Source of the DNA: a candidate division FCPU426 bacterium
Lineage (GTDB): Bacteria > Oederibacteriota > Muellerivitia > Muellerivitales > Muellerivitaceae
Length of the DNA: 64,000 nt
Reading direction: 5' to 3'
Assembly: GCA_963847625.1 (NCBI GenBank)
Contig: CAWKAR010000019.1
Coordinates: 96,001 to 160,000 of the forward strand
This document shows positions 49,670 through 58,819 of this stretch, piece by piece. Within the stretch, counting starts at the first letter, position 1. Every line of letters begins with the position of its first letter. A model generated the notes under the pieces. It was not told the origin of the DNA, made no database searches, and saw only the letters and a program-made list of their open reading frames with translations. Both the position numbers and the translations under genes were made by a program.

Positions 49670-51696
49670 GAAAAAAACCTAAAACCTTCTGTTTCCTGGG
49701 CTCCAAGGGGGGCGTGGGAACTTCGCTCGCCGCGTCCCTGGTCGCCCGCGTGGCGGCGGGGAAATTTTCCAAGAAAATCGCCCTCATCGATGCCATCCCC
49801 TCGCATTATTCCCACCTTCCTTATTTCCTTTCACTTTCAGCCCCCCAACACCACCTGACCCAGCTCCAGCCCTACGCCGGTCACTTGAACCCCAAAATGG
49901 TGGAAACCTTCTTTTCCGCCTCGCCTGAGGGAGTGGTTTACGCGCCCCTGCGGGACACCGATAACACTAGCCCTTCCCTGCCGGAATTTTTCCCCCTCCT
50001 GGACCAGTTCTCGTCCTTCTTCGACTGCCTCTTCCTCGACCTTTCCTCCTTTCCGAACGACCGGATCTTTCAACTGACAGAGAAGTATCCAGATGTCGTG
50101 GTGGTTTCCTCCCTGGACCCCGTCTCCTTGGCTTGCCTCAGCCTTTGGGAAAAAAGGTTCCTGGCCCAGCACATGGATCTAGGGCGTTTTTCTGTGATTT
50201 TCAACCATAACGGTCCTTCCCAAGCCCTTCCCAAGGACTCCACGGCCTGGGTGAAACATTTGAAAACACTAGGCTCTTTTCCTTTCCTGGGTGAAGGGTT
50301 CGCTATGGGCCTGATGGAATCCAACGCCCTCCTCCCCGATGTGGAAAAAACCCTGGTCCCCCTTTGCGGGAAATTCCTCGAACTGGAGGTAAAAGCAGGC
50401 ACCCCTGCGGAAACCCCAGCGGCCCCGGGGAAGGACTCCACGGAAACTACGCCCTATACCTTGGAGGACATCCACCAGCTCCACCAAAAGCTTTTGGAAC
50501 GCTTGAGGGCCAAGGGATTCCTAAAAGAACAAAAAACCAACGAGTCCTTGGAGCGCCGGTCCCTGGAGCCCAAGGCCCGGGAAATCCTCGACCAGATCAT
50601 CCAAGACATGAAGTTGCCGGGCCGGGAGGTCCGCCAAAAGCTGTCCGCTGAAACCATGGACTTGGCTTTCGGGCTGGGTCCTTTGGAGCCGCTCCTGGAG
50701 GATTCTGCGGTCACCGAGATCATGGTCAACGGACCCTCCCTGGTTTATGTCGAGAAAAAAGGCCTGCTGGAGAAATCCCTCGCCCGGTTCCTGGACGACC
50801 AGCAACTCCGCACCGTGATCGAGAGGATTCTAGCGCCCATTGGGAGGAGAATCGACGAGAGCCAGCCCTACGTGGACGGGCGCCTTTTGGACGGCTCCCG
50901 GGTCAACGCGGTAATTCCTCCCTTGAGCTTGATCGGCCCTGTCTTGACCATCCGAAAATTCTCCAAGAAGAAGTTGACGGTGGAGGACCTTATTCAGTTC
51001 GGCTCCCTCACCCGTGAAGCGGCGGATTTCCTGGGCGCCTGCGTGAAAGCCCGTAAGAACATCGTGGTTTCCGGCGGCACCGGGTCGGGCAAGACCACAC
51101 TCCTGAACGTGCTTTCGAACTTCATCCCCCCCGGCGAGCGCATCGTCACCATCGAGGACTCGGCTGAGCTTCAACTCTCTCAAGAACACGTGGTGCGCCT
51201 GGAAGCCCGTCCGGCCAACTTGGAGGGCAAGGGCCAAGTGACCATCCGCGACCTGGTCATCAACGCGCTTCGCATGAGACCCGACCGCATCGTAGTGGGC
51301 GAGGTGCGCGGCGGTGAGGCCCTGGACATGCTTCAGGCCATGAACACGGGCCATGACGGCTCCCTCACTACCGCCCATGCCAACGCGCCCCGGGATGCGC
51401 TGTCCCGCCTGGAAACCATGGCGCTTTTCACCGGACTGGAGCTGCCCCTCAAGGCCATCCGGGAGCAGATCGCCCGGGCCATCCATCTGGTCGTCCAGCA
51501 GAGCCGGCTTCCCAGCGGCAAGAGGTCGGTCACGCAGGTCTCGGAAGTACAGGGAATGGAGGGGGACGTGATTACCACATTGGATTTGTTCGTTTACGAA
51601 GAGGGCCAGGGTCTCGTGAGAAAACCCTTCCCGCCTTCCTTCATCGCCGGCTTGAAGGCTGTCGGCTATCAATGGCCCGCGAAAGGGCCAAAGTAA
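49639..51696 (+). CDS. cpaF: CpaE(TadZ)-like/CpaF(TadA) fusion ATPase
   Basis: N-terminal [10 protein letters not shown]-terminal [48 protein letters not shown]. Confidence 0.88.
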   Translation: MGSVGMGPSLGKKPKTFCFLGSKGGVGTSLAASLVARVAAGKFSKKIALIDAIPSHYSHLPYFLSLSAPQHHLTQLQPYAGHLNPKMVETFFSASPEGVVYAPLRDTDNTSPSLPEFFPLLDQFSSFFDCLFLDLSSFPNDRIFQLTEKYPDVVVVSSLDPVSLACLSLWEKRFLAQHMDLGRFSVIFNHNGPSQALPKDSTAWVKHLKTLGSFPFLGEGFAMGLMESNALLPDVEKTLVPLCGKFLELEVKAGTPAETPAAPGKDSTETTPYTLEDIHQLHQKLLERLRAKGFLKEQKTNESLERRSLEPKAREILDQIIQDMKLPGREVRQKLSAETMDLAFGLGPLEPLLEDSAVTEIMVNGPSLVYVEKKGLLEKSLARFLDDQQLRTVIERILAPIGRRIDESQPYVDGRLLDGSRVNAVIPPLSLIGPVLTIRKFSKKKLTVEDLIQFGSLTREAADFLGACVKARKNIVVSGGTGSGKTTLLNVLSNFIPPGERIVTIEDSAELQLSQEHVVRLEARPANLEGKGQVTIRDLVINALRMRPDRIVVGEVRGGEALDMLQAMNTGHDGSLTTAHANAPRDALSRLETMALFTGLELPLKAIREQIARAIHLVVQQSRLPSGKRSVTQVSEVQGMEGDVITTLDLFVYEEGQGLVRKPFPPSFIAGLKAVGYQWPAKGPK

Positions 51697-51714
51697 AAGT
51701 TCTTTTGAGGAAAG

Positions 51715-52209
51715 CTATTTCTTTTTCTTTTGTTCCTTGGCGGGCTTTTCCTTCTCGAATGTCGTCGGAGGCGCTGGTTGGTAGGAAGTATCCCCGACCG
51801 GAGTGATGGCCGCGATTTCGGCTTTGTATTTTTCGTAATCGTTCGGCTGTTGGTTGCGCTCCGTCATCGTCCGAAGGTCCGCGTCCAAAGGCCCCTCCGG
51901 CGGCACGAAATCCCCCAGGTAAGCCCGGCAGATCCATTCCTTCTCCGCCGCCATGTCAACGTAATGGGTGTGGGGCAGGTAGTAGAATTCCTGGACTTCC
52001 TGGTAGTCCCACATGGCTTCCTTGTATTTCTGCTGTTTGAAGTGCTCTTCCCCCCTCAAGTAGGACGCCCGGGCCCGCCGGATCACTTCCAGGTTGGCCA
52101 TGCCATAGGCGATCAAAAGGGTGATGACGACCACCAGGGTGGTTTTCACCCCCTGCTTGGTGATGAAGGGTTTGCTTTCCTTGATGACTTTATTTTCAGT
52201 CTCGCTCAC
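51715..52209 (-). CDS. Hypothetical membrane-anchored protein (TPR-like)
   Basis: GGAGG RBS directly after pheS, one TM. Confidence 0.7.
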   Translation of the reverse strand: MSETENKVIKESKPFITKQGVKTTLVVVITLLIAYGMANLEVIRRARASYLRGEEHFKQQKYKEAMWDYQEVQEFYYLPHTHYVDMAAEKEWICRAYLGDFVPPEGPLDADLRTMTERNQQPNDYEKYKAEIAAITPVGDTSYQPAPPTTFEKEKPAKEQKKKK

Positions 52210-52221
52210 AACCGCCTCCGG

Positions 52222-53235
52222 TTAAAACTGGTTTAGGAACCTCAAATCGTTCTGGTAAAAGAGCCGTATATCGTCAATATCATACTTAAAGAGGGCGATG
52301 CGCTCCACCCCCATTCCAAAGGCGAAACCGGTCCATTTTTCCGCGTCAATCCCGCAATTCTGGAATACCGCCGGGTCGATCATGCCGCAACCCAGCAATT
52401 CCACCCAGCCGGATTGCTTGCAAATCCGGCACCCCTTCCCCTCGCAAAAAATGCAGGAAATATCCATTTCAGCGCTCGGCTCGGTGAAGGGGAAAAAACT
52501 GGGTCTGAACCGGGTTTTGACCTGGGAACCGAAAAATTTCTTGATAAAAACATCCAAAGTCCCCTTCAAATGACCGAAATGGACCCCCTCGTCCACTAAA
52601 AAGCCCTCCACTTGGTGAAATATGTGGTGGTGGGTGGCGTCGATCGCCTCGTGGCGGTAAACCCGGCCCGGAGCGATGAACTTGAAGGGAGGCTTATTCT
52701 TTTCCATGATCCGCACCTGGATGGGCGAGGTATGCGTGCGAAGGAGCAGTTCATTGCTGACGTAAAAGGTGTCCTGGGCGTCCCGGGCGGGATGGTCAGG
52801 GGGAAAATTCAGGGCCAGAAAGTTGTAATAATCCGTCTCCACATCGGGCCCTTCGGCGATATCGAAACCCATTTCCCTGAAGATGGAGCGGATCTCATCC
52901 AAAACCTTGGTCAGGGGGTGGGTCTTTCCATAGGGGAGGGCTCGACCTGGTAGGGTTGGGTCGAATTCGGGGTTGGACTGTAGGGAGGAGTTGATCTCCA
53001 AATCCGACTTCTTCCCCTCCAACAAAGTGGCGATCCGGTTCTTGGCGTCGTTGCAAGCCTTACCAGCCTGGGGCCGTTCTTCCGGCGGTACTTGGCCCAG
53101 GCCCTTCAAGATTTCGGTGACCAGCCCGTTCTTTCCAAGGAATTTAACACGAATTTCCTCGATGGTTTTCAAATCCGGGGCTTGGAGGACGGCCCGCTCG
53201 GCTTCCTGGATGATAGTTGTTATGCGTTCTTGCAT
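52222..53235 (-). CDS. pheS: Phenylalanine-tRNA ligase alpha subunit
   Basis: HPARDAQDTF, LLRTHTS, FHQVEG, FPFTEPS, GFAFGMGVER. Confidence 0.98.
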   Translation of the reverse strand: MQERITTIIQEAERAVLQAPDLKTIEEIRVKFLGKNGLVTEILKGLGQVPPEERPQAGKACNDAKNRIATLLEGKKSDLEINSSLQSNPEFDPTLPGRALPYGKTHPLTKVLDEIRSIFREMGFDIAEGPDVETDYYNFLALNFPPDHPARDAQDTFYVSNELLLRTHTSPIQVRIMEKNKPPFKFIAPGRVYRHEAIDATHHHIFHQVEGFLVDEGVHFGHLKGTLDVFIKKFFGSQVKTRFRPSFFPFTEPSAEMDISCIFCEGKGCRICKQSGWVELLGCGMIDPAVFQNCGIDAEKWTGFAFGMGVERIALFKYDIDDIRLFYQNDLRFLNQF

Positions 53236-53325
53236 CCGTTTTCCATTATGGATTTGATGATGAAACGGCTAAGAAGACCATATTATTTATTTTTCGGGGG
53301 TAAATTGCATCAAGAAAAGGAAAAA

Positions 53326-53499
53326 CTAGCGGTCTTTCGGGGAAAAAGTCTCAAGGGTGGAGGGTTCTTTGGCTTTCCGCAAGTAAAGGTATAAAAGGAA
53401 GGCCTCAACGGAACCGGTCTGCTCGAATTTTCGCCAGCATATTTCCGTGCGTTTTGTTTCCGGCAGGGTTTGCGTAGGTTGGGAGAATTCTTTGTTCAT
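53326..53499 (-). CDS. YqzL-like small protein, 57 aa (not in the ORF track)
   Basis: WRKFEQTGSVEAFLLY resembles the W..F..TG....YLL. motif. Confidence 0.55.
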   Translation of the reverse strand: MNKEFSQPTQTLPETKRTEICWRKFEQTGSVEAFLLYLYLRKAKEPSTLETFSPKDR

Positions 53500-53523
53500 T
53501 TTTTCCAGCTTTTTGTTCAGTTT

Positions 53524-54354
53524 TCAAAGTTTATCACCCACCCCCGGGGGAGTCAAGAAACGGGCCCGAAATTGTGCGAAAAAAAGGGCCAAACTCGCTG
53601 CGACTCCCGCGTTCAGGGATTCCACCTTCCCTTTCATCGGAATGCTCGCCCTTTCCCAGGCCCGCGCCGACAAGGCCTCGGGCAGGCCGGTTCCTTCGGT
53701 CCCGATCCAAAAAGCCGTGGGCCCGGTAAGGTCCAATTCGAATAACGTTTTCGGTGCCGTCCCGGTCAAGGCTACGGACCTGAAAACGTTCTCATCCAAC
53801 CAAGCCATGTGGTCCTCCCAGGATTTTCCGCCCATGAAAGGAATCCTGAATAGGGAGCCCATGGATGCGCGCACGGCCTTGGGGTTGAACGGATCGCAGC
53901 ATCCTTCAGTCAAGAGAATCCCACCCGCTCCAAAAGCCTCCGCCGAGCGGAATAGTGTCCCTAAATTCCCGGCGTCTTGGATTTGGAAGGCGGCAAGCAG
54001 CAGGGCGGGAGTAGTCGCCGGCCATTCCGGCGCCGGTTTTTTGACGACGGCCAAGATGCCCTGGGGGGTCACTGTATCGGCAAGGTACGAAACGATTTTG
54101 GAGGGGATTTCAAAGCACCGGATCTTGTGCTGATGGGCCGTTTCCAGGATCTGGCTTCCCTCGGCCGTGGCGTAAGCCTGGGCTGTGGCGAAAAGATACC
54201 TGACGGTCAGGCCGGTTTCCAACGCTTCCTTGACCAGGTGGAAACCCTCGCAAAGGAAATCCTCGGCTTGTTTGGCTTTTTTCGGGACTTTGAGGGAATA
54301 GGCGTGTTTCACCATGGAATTGGAAACACTTTGCACGACGGGAATTTCCCTCAT
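53524..54354 (-). CDS. TrmH/SpoU-family RNA methyltransferase
   Basis: IQDAGNLGTLFRSA, GTEGTGL, IPM.G.VESLNAGVA. Confidence 0.93.
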   Translation of the reverse strand: MREIPVVQSVSNSMVKHAYSLKVPKKAKQAEDFLCEGFHLVKEALETGLTVRYLFATAQAYATAEGSQILETAHQHKIRCFEIPSKIVSYLADTVTPQGILAVVKKPAPEWPATTPALLLAAFQIQDAGNLGTLFRSAEAFGAGGILLTEGCCDPFNPKAVRASMGSLFRIPFMGGKSWEDHMAWLDENVFRSVALTGTAPKTLFELDLTGPTAFWIGTEGTGLPEALSARAWERASIPMKGKVESLNAGVAASLALFFAQFRARFLTPPGVGDKL

Positions 54355-54428
54355 AGGGAAGGCCTTCCGTTACAGGTCAAAGAAACACCCATTCCCCGGG
54401 GGAAAGGATGCGGAGCTTTAAAACCACA

Positions 54429-54788
54429 TCAGGAGGCTTTCGCGCCCTTCGCCATTTCCACCAGTTGCGCGAAGGCTTTCGCGTCGGCAACGGCCAAATC
54501 CGCCAGCATTTTCCGGTCCAAGTCCACCGAGGCGTTCTTCAAACCGTTCATCAACTGGCTGTAGGACATTCCGTGCAGGCGGGCCGCGGCGTTGATGCGG
54601 GTAATCCAAAGCCTCCGGAACTCCCGTTTGCGGGCTTTCCGGTCGCGAAACGCGTAGTTTCCGGATCGTTTGGAAGCTTCCCGGACGGTCCGGTATTGGC
54701 GGCTTTTTGCCCCCCAATATCCCTTGGTAAGCTTGAAAAATTTCTTTTTCCTTTTCCTTTTCGCGACTGCCCTTTTGATCCTTGCCAT
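54429..54788 (-). CDS. rplT: 50S ribosomal protein L20
   Basis: [35 protein letters not shown]. Confidence 0.98.
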   Translation of the reverse strand: MARIKRAVAKRKRKKKFFKLTKGYWGAKSRQYRTVREASKRSGNYAFRDRKARKREFRRLWITRINAAARLHGMSYSQLMNGLKNASVDLDRKMLADLAVADAKAFAQLVEMAKGAKAS

Positions 54789-54867
54789 TTTTCAACTCCA
54801 CTGTTTTATTTAGTCATCCTCGCGAAAAAGGTGCTTGACGGGCTTTCAAATTCGCGGGATTGAGTCT

Positions 54868-55068
54868 TTAAATCCCTATCATCTTCTTGATTCGCTTGGT
54901 ATGGGTCGCCCCCAGGAGCGGATGCCGTTTCAATTGCCGCTTGCGCTTGGAGGACTTATGGGCCATAAGATGGCTGCGGTTGTTTTGTCTCTTGATTTTC
55001 AACTTGCCGGTGGCAGTGACCTTGAACCGCTTCAAGATGCTCTTTTTCGTCTTGAACCCCTTACCCAT
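54868..55068 (-). CDS. rpmI: 50S ribosomal protein L35
   Basis: KTKKSILKRFKVTATGK; lies between infC and rplT. Confidence 0.93.
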   Translation of the reverse strand: MGKGFKTKKSILKRFKVTATGKLKIKRQNNRSHLMAHKSSKRKRQLKRHPLLGATHTKRIKKMIGI

Positions 55069-55687
55069 TTTCCACGTCCTTTTTTTCGATTTCTTTTTCT
55101 TCAGTGTCCTTTTCTTCAGTGTCTTTTTTTTCGGTTTCTTTTTTCTCAGTGTTTTGCTTCTGCCCCGGCTTCGCGGGCCTGGGATTAAACACGGCTACGA
55201 TCTGCATACCCTCATCCTTGGGAGGCGAATCGATCTCAGCCATATCGTCCAGGTCCTGCACCACCCGTTCCATGAGTTGTTTGCCCAGTTCCTTGTGGCT
55301 GAGTTCCCTTCCGCGAAACATCAGCGTGACCTTGACCTTGTCCCCGCGCTCGAAAAAGTTCCAGGCCATCCTCAGCTTCGTCTGGTAATCATGCTCGTCG
55401 ATTTTGGGACGGATCTTGATTTCCTTGACCTTCACCACCTTTTGCCGCTTTTGGGCTTCCTTTTCCCTCTTTCGTTGGGCGTATTTGAACTTGCCGTAAT
55501 TCAGGATGCGGCAGACCGGTGGGACACCCTCCGGCGCGACTTCCACCAAATCCAGGTTCCTTTCGCGGGCGGTGGCCAGTGCCTTGGTCAAATCCACGAT
55601 GCCGAGTTGTTCCCCGGCGTCGCCGACCAACCTTACCTGCCTGGCGCGGATTTGATGGTTGATCCTTAATTCTTTTGTGGAAGAAAT
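55061..55687 (-). CDS. infC: Translation initiation factor IF-3 (ATT start)
   Basis: AGGAGG-N9-ATT at 55687; RINHQIRA..LDLVEV..PPVCRI..DKVKV..FRGRE. Confidence 0.95.
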   Translation of the reverse strand: MSSTKELRINHQIRARQVRLVGDAGEQLGIVDLTKALATARERNLDLVEVAPEGVPPVCRILNYGKFKYAQRKREKEAQKRQKVVKVKEIKIRPKIDEHDYQTKLRMAWNFFERGDKVKVTLMFRGRELSHKELGKQLMERVVQDLDDMAEIDSPPKDEGMQIVAVFNPRPAKPGQKQNTEKKETEKKDTEEKDTEEKEIEKKDVENG

Positions 55688-55699
55688 GTTGAGGTACCT

Positions 55700-55835
55700 C
55701 CTGAATTTTGGATAAAAAAAAACGGACCCAAGAAGGGGCCCGTCGGGAAGAAAAAGATATCCCCTGGGAAAGCGGATATTCTTCGAACCCGTTCGCCGGA
55801 GGCTTAGGGTGAGGGACGGAGCCCTGCTTGAGGTA
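55700..55835 (-). promoter_or_regulatory. Probable L20 leader upstream of infC-rpmI-rplT
   Basis: AAGCAGGGCTCCGTCCCTCACC resembles the 5' part of Firmicutes-type L20 leaders; expected position; recalled consensus, not searched. Confidence 0.5.
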
Positions 55836-55883
55836 GGAATACTAACTTCGTGGGTTTTCTTTGTCAAACCTTTTTGGGGGGTT

Positions 55884-57710
55884 TTACAGGGGCAGATCCA
55901 CGTCGGCGAAATTGTCCATCAACCGGCCCTGGACCATGGCCAGCAAGGCGGCCTGGGCCCGGTCGGCCGGGACCTGGGCTTGTTTTTCCACGGCGTACCT
56001 TCGCCAGGTCACGGTGCGGTCCCGCGATTCGTTCGCCCCGACGATCCAGACGTTGGGGATCTTCCGCGTGATGGCGTTTCGCACTTTCTTGGAGAAGGAG
56101 TCGGTGGAGGAATCCACCTCGGCCCGGATCATTTTCTCCCTCAGGCTCCCCGCCAATTCCTGCGCGTAGGGGAGGAAATCCTCGGCCACCGGGATCACCT
56201 TCAATTGGACGGGCGCCATCCAGGCCGGGAAAGCCCCACCCCACCTTTCGATCAGGAAGGAGATAAAGCGCTCATGGGTGCTCAAGGGCGCCCGGTGGAT
56301 GATGAACGGCCTTTGTTTGGTTCCGTCCGGGGCCGCGTACTCGAGGTTGAACCGCTCGGCGGAGGTGAAATCCAGTTGGATGGTGGAAAGGGTCTCCTCG
56401 CGCCCCAGGACGTTCTCGGTCTGGTAGTCGATCTTGGGGCCGTAAAAAGCCGCCTCGCCTTGGACCTCTTCGTACTCCACCCCCATTTCCCTTAAAACTT
56501 TTCTCAGCATGTCCTCGGTCTTGATCCAAAGATCCTCATTCTCGACGAATTTCTCCTTGTCCTGGTCGTGCAGGGACAGCCGCACCCAGATCTTGTCCAT
56601 GCGGAATTTCTCATAATAAAGCTTGTGCATGGCGGCGATCTTTTTCACCTCTGAGGATATCTGGTCCAGGGTGCAATAGAGGTGCGCGTCGTTCATGGCC
56701 ATCCCCCTCACCCTCAGGAGCCCGGCCAACTGGCCGGATTTCTCGAACCGGTAAACCGACCCGTACTCGGCGAGCCTCAAGGGGAGTTCCCGGTAGCTCC
56801 GGGGGCGGTTCAGGTAAATCATGTGGTGGTGGGGGCAGTTCATGGGCTTGAGGTAGAACTCCTCCGGGGGCGAGTCCGGGTCCTTCTCCACGCTTCGCAT
56901 CGGGGGAAACATGGAATCCTTGTAAAGTTGGAGGTGGCCCGAGAGCTTGTAAAGCTCGCCGTTGGCGATGTGGGGGGTGGCGACCCGGACATACCCGTCC
57001 TTGAATTCCAGTTCCTTGGCGAATTTCTCCAGTTCCTCCCGGATGACCGTCCCGTTGGGAAGCCAGAGTGGAAGGCCTTTCCCCACCCGCTCCTCGATGG
57101 AAAAAATCTCCAGTTCCTGGCCCAATTTCCGGTGGTCGCGTTTCAAGGCCAGTTCCCGGTCCTTGATGAATTCCTTTAATTCTTTTTCTGTCGGATAGGC
57201 CAAACCGTAAATGCGGGTGAGCATGGGTTTTTTGGAGTCACCGCGCCAGTAGCTTCCGGCGATGGAATCCAGCTTGAAGCTGTTCACGGGGATTTTGGAG
57301 CTTTCTTCCACGTGGGGCCCCTCGCACATGTCCACGAAGGGTCCGCAGGTGTAAAAGCTGAGGGACTCCCCCGCCTCCAGCAGTTCCTGGGCGTATTCCG
57401 CCTTGAGTTTCTGGCCCATCCCGTCGAGTTTCTTCAGGGCCTGCTCCTTGGGAAGGTCCTCGCGCGTGAACTTCTGCTTTCCCTGGATGATCTTGCGCAT
57501 GCGCTTTTCCAGGTCGGGCAGGTCGGCTTCGGTGAGGGGTGATTCCAGGAGGAAATCGTAATAAAAGCCCGTGCGGACGGGGGGGCCGAAACCCATTTGG
57601 GCCTTGGGGCGCACCTGCAGGACCGCCTCGGCCAGGATATGGGCCAGGGAATGGCGCATCCGGTAAAGCGATTCATCCATTTTGTGTTTAGGTTCGTATT
57701 TTTCGGACAT
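55884..57710 (-). CDS. thrS: Threonine-tRNA ligase (short N-terminus)
   Basis: RHSLAHILA, CEGPHV, RDHRKLG, LKPMNCPHH, YGPKID, IIHRA. Confidence 0.98.
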   Translation of the reverse strand: MSEKYEPKHKMDESLYRMRHSLAHILAEAVLQVRPKAQMGFGPPVRTGFYYDFLLESPLTEADLPDLEKRMRKIIQGKQKFTREDLPKEQALKKLDGMGQKLKAEYAQELLEAGESLSFYTCGPFVDMCEGPHVEESSKIPVNSFKLDSIAGSYWRGDSKKPMLTRIYGLAYPTEKELKEFIKDRELALKRDHRKLGQELEIFSIEERVGKGLPLWLPNGTVIREELEKFAKELEFKDGYVRVATPHIANGELYKLSGHLQLYKDSMFPPMRSVEKDPDSPPEEFYLKPMNCPHHHMIYLNRPRSYRELPLRLAEYGSVYRFEKSGQLAGLLRVRGMAMNDAHLYCTLDQISSEVKKIAAMHKLYYEKFRMDKIWVRLSLHDQDKEKFVENEDLWIKTEDMLRKVLREMGVEYEEVQGEAAFYGPKIDYQTENVLGREETLSTIQLDFTSAERFNLEYAAPDGTKQRPFIIHRAPLSTHERFISFLIERWGGAFPAWMAPVQLKVIPVAEDFLPYAQELAGSLREKMIRAEVDSSTDSFSKKVRNAITRKIPNVWIVGANESRDRTVTWRRYAVEKQAQVPADRAQAALLAMVQGRLMDNFADVDLPL

Positions 57711-57766
57711 GGGACACCTGGTGAAGAAGTTGCGTACTTTACATTAAAGATACTCAAAATAAAACT

Positions 57767-57865
57767 TTGCCACAGATGCATGGGATACATGGGATTTAAT
57801 AAACATAAATATTTAAAGCCTTTTTTCTTCGGTCATCTAAATGCATCCCCTGAATCCGTGGCTAA
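57767..57865. repeat. Palindromic GCCACAGAT..ATCCGTGGC element
   Basis: Near copy of 9901-10000 and 12487-12585. Confidence 0.8.
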
Positions 57866-58044
57866 GACGATGGTTTTTTCTTTACATTTTTTTGACCGGC
57901 GTAACGAACGTCGAACCGTGCTTCGCACTCAAGGGTGAAACTTATGTTTCCCCCTTGCGCCCCCTTCTTGAATGAGCGAGGAAACGCGTACGCTCTTCCT
58001 CGCGCTCCATCCTGTTTCTCGTCCAGTTCTATATTTTATAAAAA

Positions 58045-58350
58045 TGGTGGGCGTAACGAACGTCGAACCGCGCAAAGCGCTCACGGGGAAAAAACCCCGT
58101 GTACCCCTTTGAACAGCCGGGAAAACTTCCGTTTTCCCGCACCTTTTCCCCTGGTTCTCGTCCAGGGTCCTTTACCCACTTTTCGCTTCGCGAAAAATGG
58201 TGGGCGTAACGGGCGTCGAACCGCGCAAAGCGCTCACGGGGAAAAAACCCCGTGTACCCCTTTGAACAGCCGGGAAAACTTCCGTTTTCCCGCACCTTTT
58301 CCCCTGGTTCTCGTCCAGGGTCCTTTACCCACTTTTCGCTTCGCGAAAAA
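58045..58350 (-). repeat. Two 153-bp tandem repeats carrying the tRNA-Val 3' end (degenerate third unit ~57895-58030)
   Basis: TGGTGGGCGTAAC at 58045, 58198 and 58351 (period 153); units nearly identical. Confidence 0.9.
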
Positions 58351-58427
58351 TGGTGGGCGTAACTGGACTCGAACCAGTGACCCCTTCCATGTCAAGGAAG
58401 TACTCTAACCAGCTGAGCTATACGCCC
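58351..58427 (-). tRNA. tRNA-Val(GAC)
   Basis: GGGCGTATAGCTCAGCTGG..TTGACAT..GGTTCGAGTCC..ACCA. Confidence 0.97.
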
Positions 58428-58488
58428 CCGTAAACCGGCTAAAAAAACGAATCACCAGCCGTCAAAAACATGACCGCCGGCACAAATA

Positions 58489-58564
58489 TGGAGGCGGCAG
58501 GCGGATTTGAACCGCCGAATCGCGGTTTTGCAGACCGCTCCCTTAACCACTTGGGTATGCCGCC
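58489..58564 (-). tRNA. tRNA-Cys(GCA)
   Basis: GGCGGCATACCCAAGTGG..CTGCAAA..GGTTCAAATCC..TCCA. Confidence 0.97.
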
Positions 58565-58724
58565 CCGTTCATCGCGTTCGTCAGAGGATAAACCCCTTGG
58601 CCTTCCCTTTTCCATAGGTAATCCGGGGGTAAAAACATAACGCCCATGCATAAGCATGGGCGGCCGGGTAAACCCACTTTTCAACGAAAACAGCTTTTAA
58701 AGCCTCCCGAAGGAGGAACGAGGA

Positions 58725-58799
<75 letters not shown>

Positions 58800-58819
58800 A
58801 CAATGATTTCCGGATGCTC

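Noticed and set aside
57711..57900. T-box leader for thrS
   Set aside because: No T-box or antiterminator motif was seen; the region is occupied by the palindromic repeat.
57935..58408. 157-aa ORF with an internal repeat
   Set aside because: It is a translation artefact of the 153-bp tandem repeat and overlaps tRNA-Val on the antisense strand.
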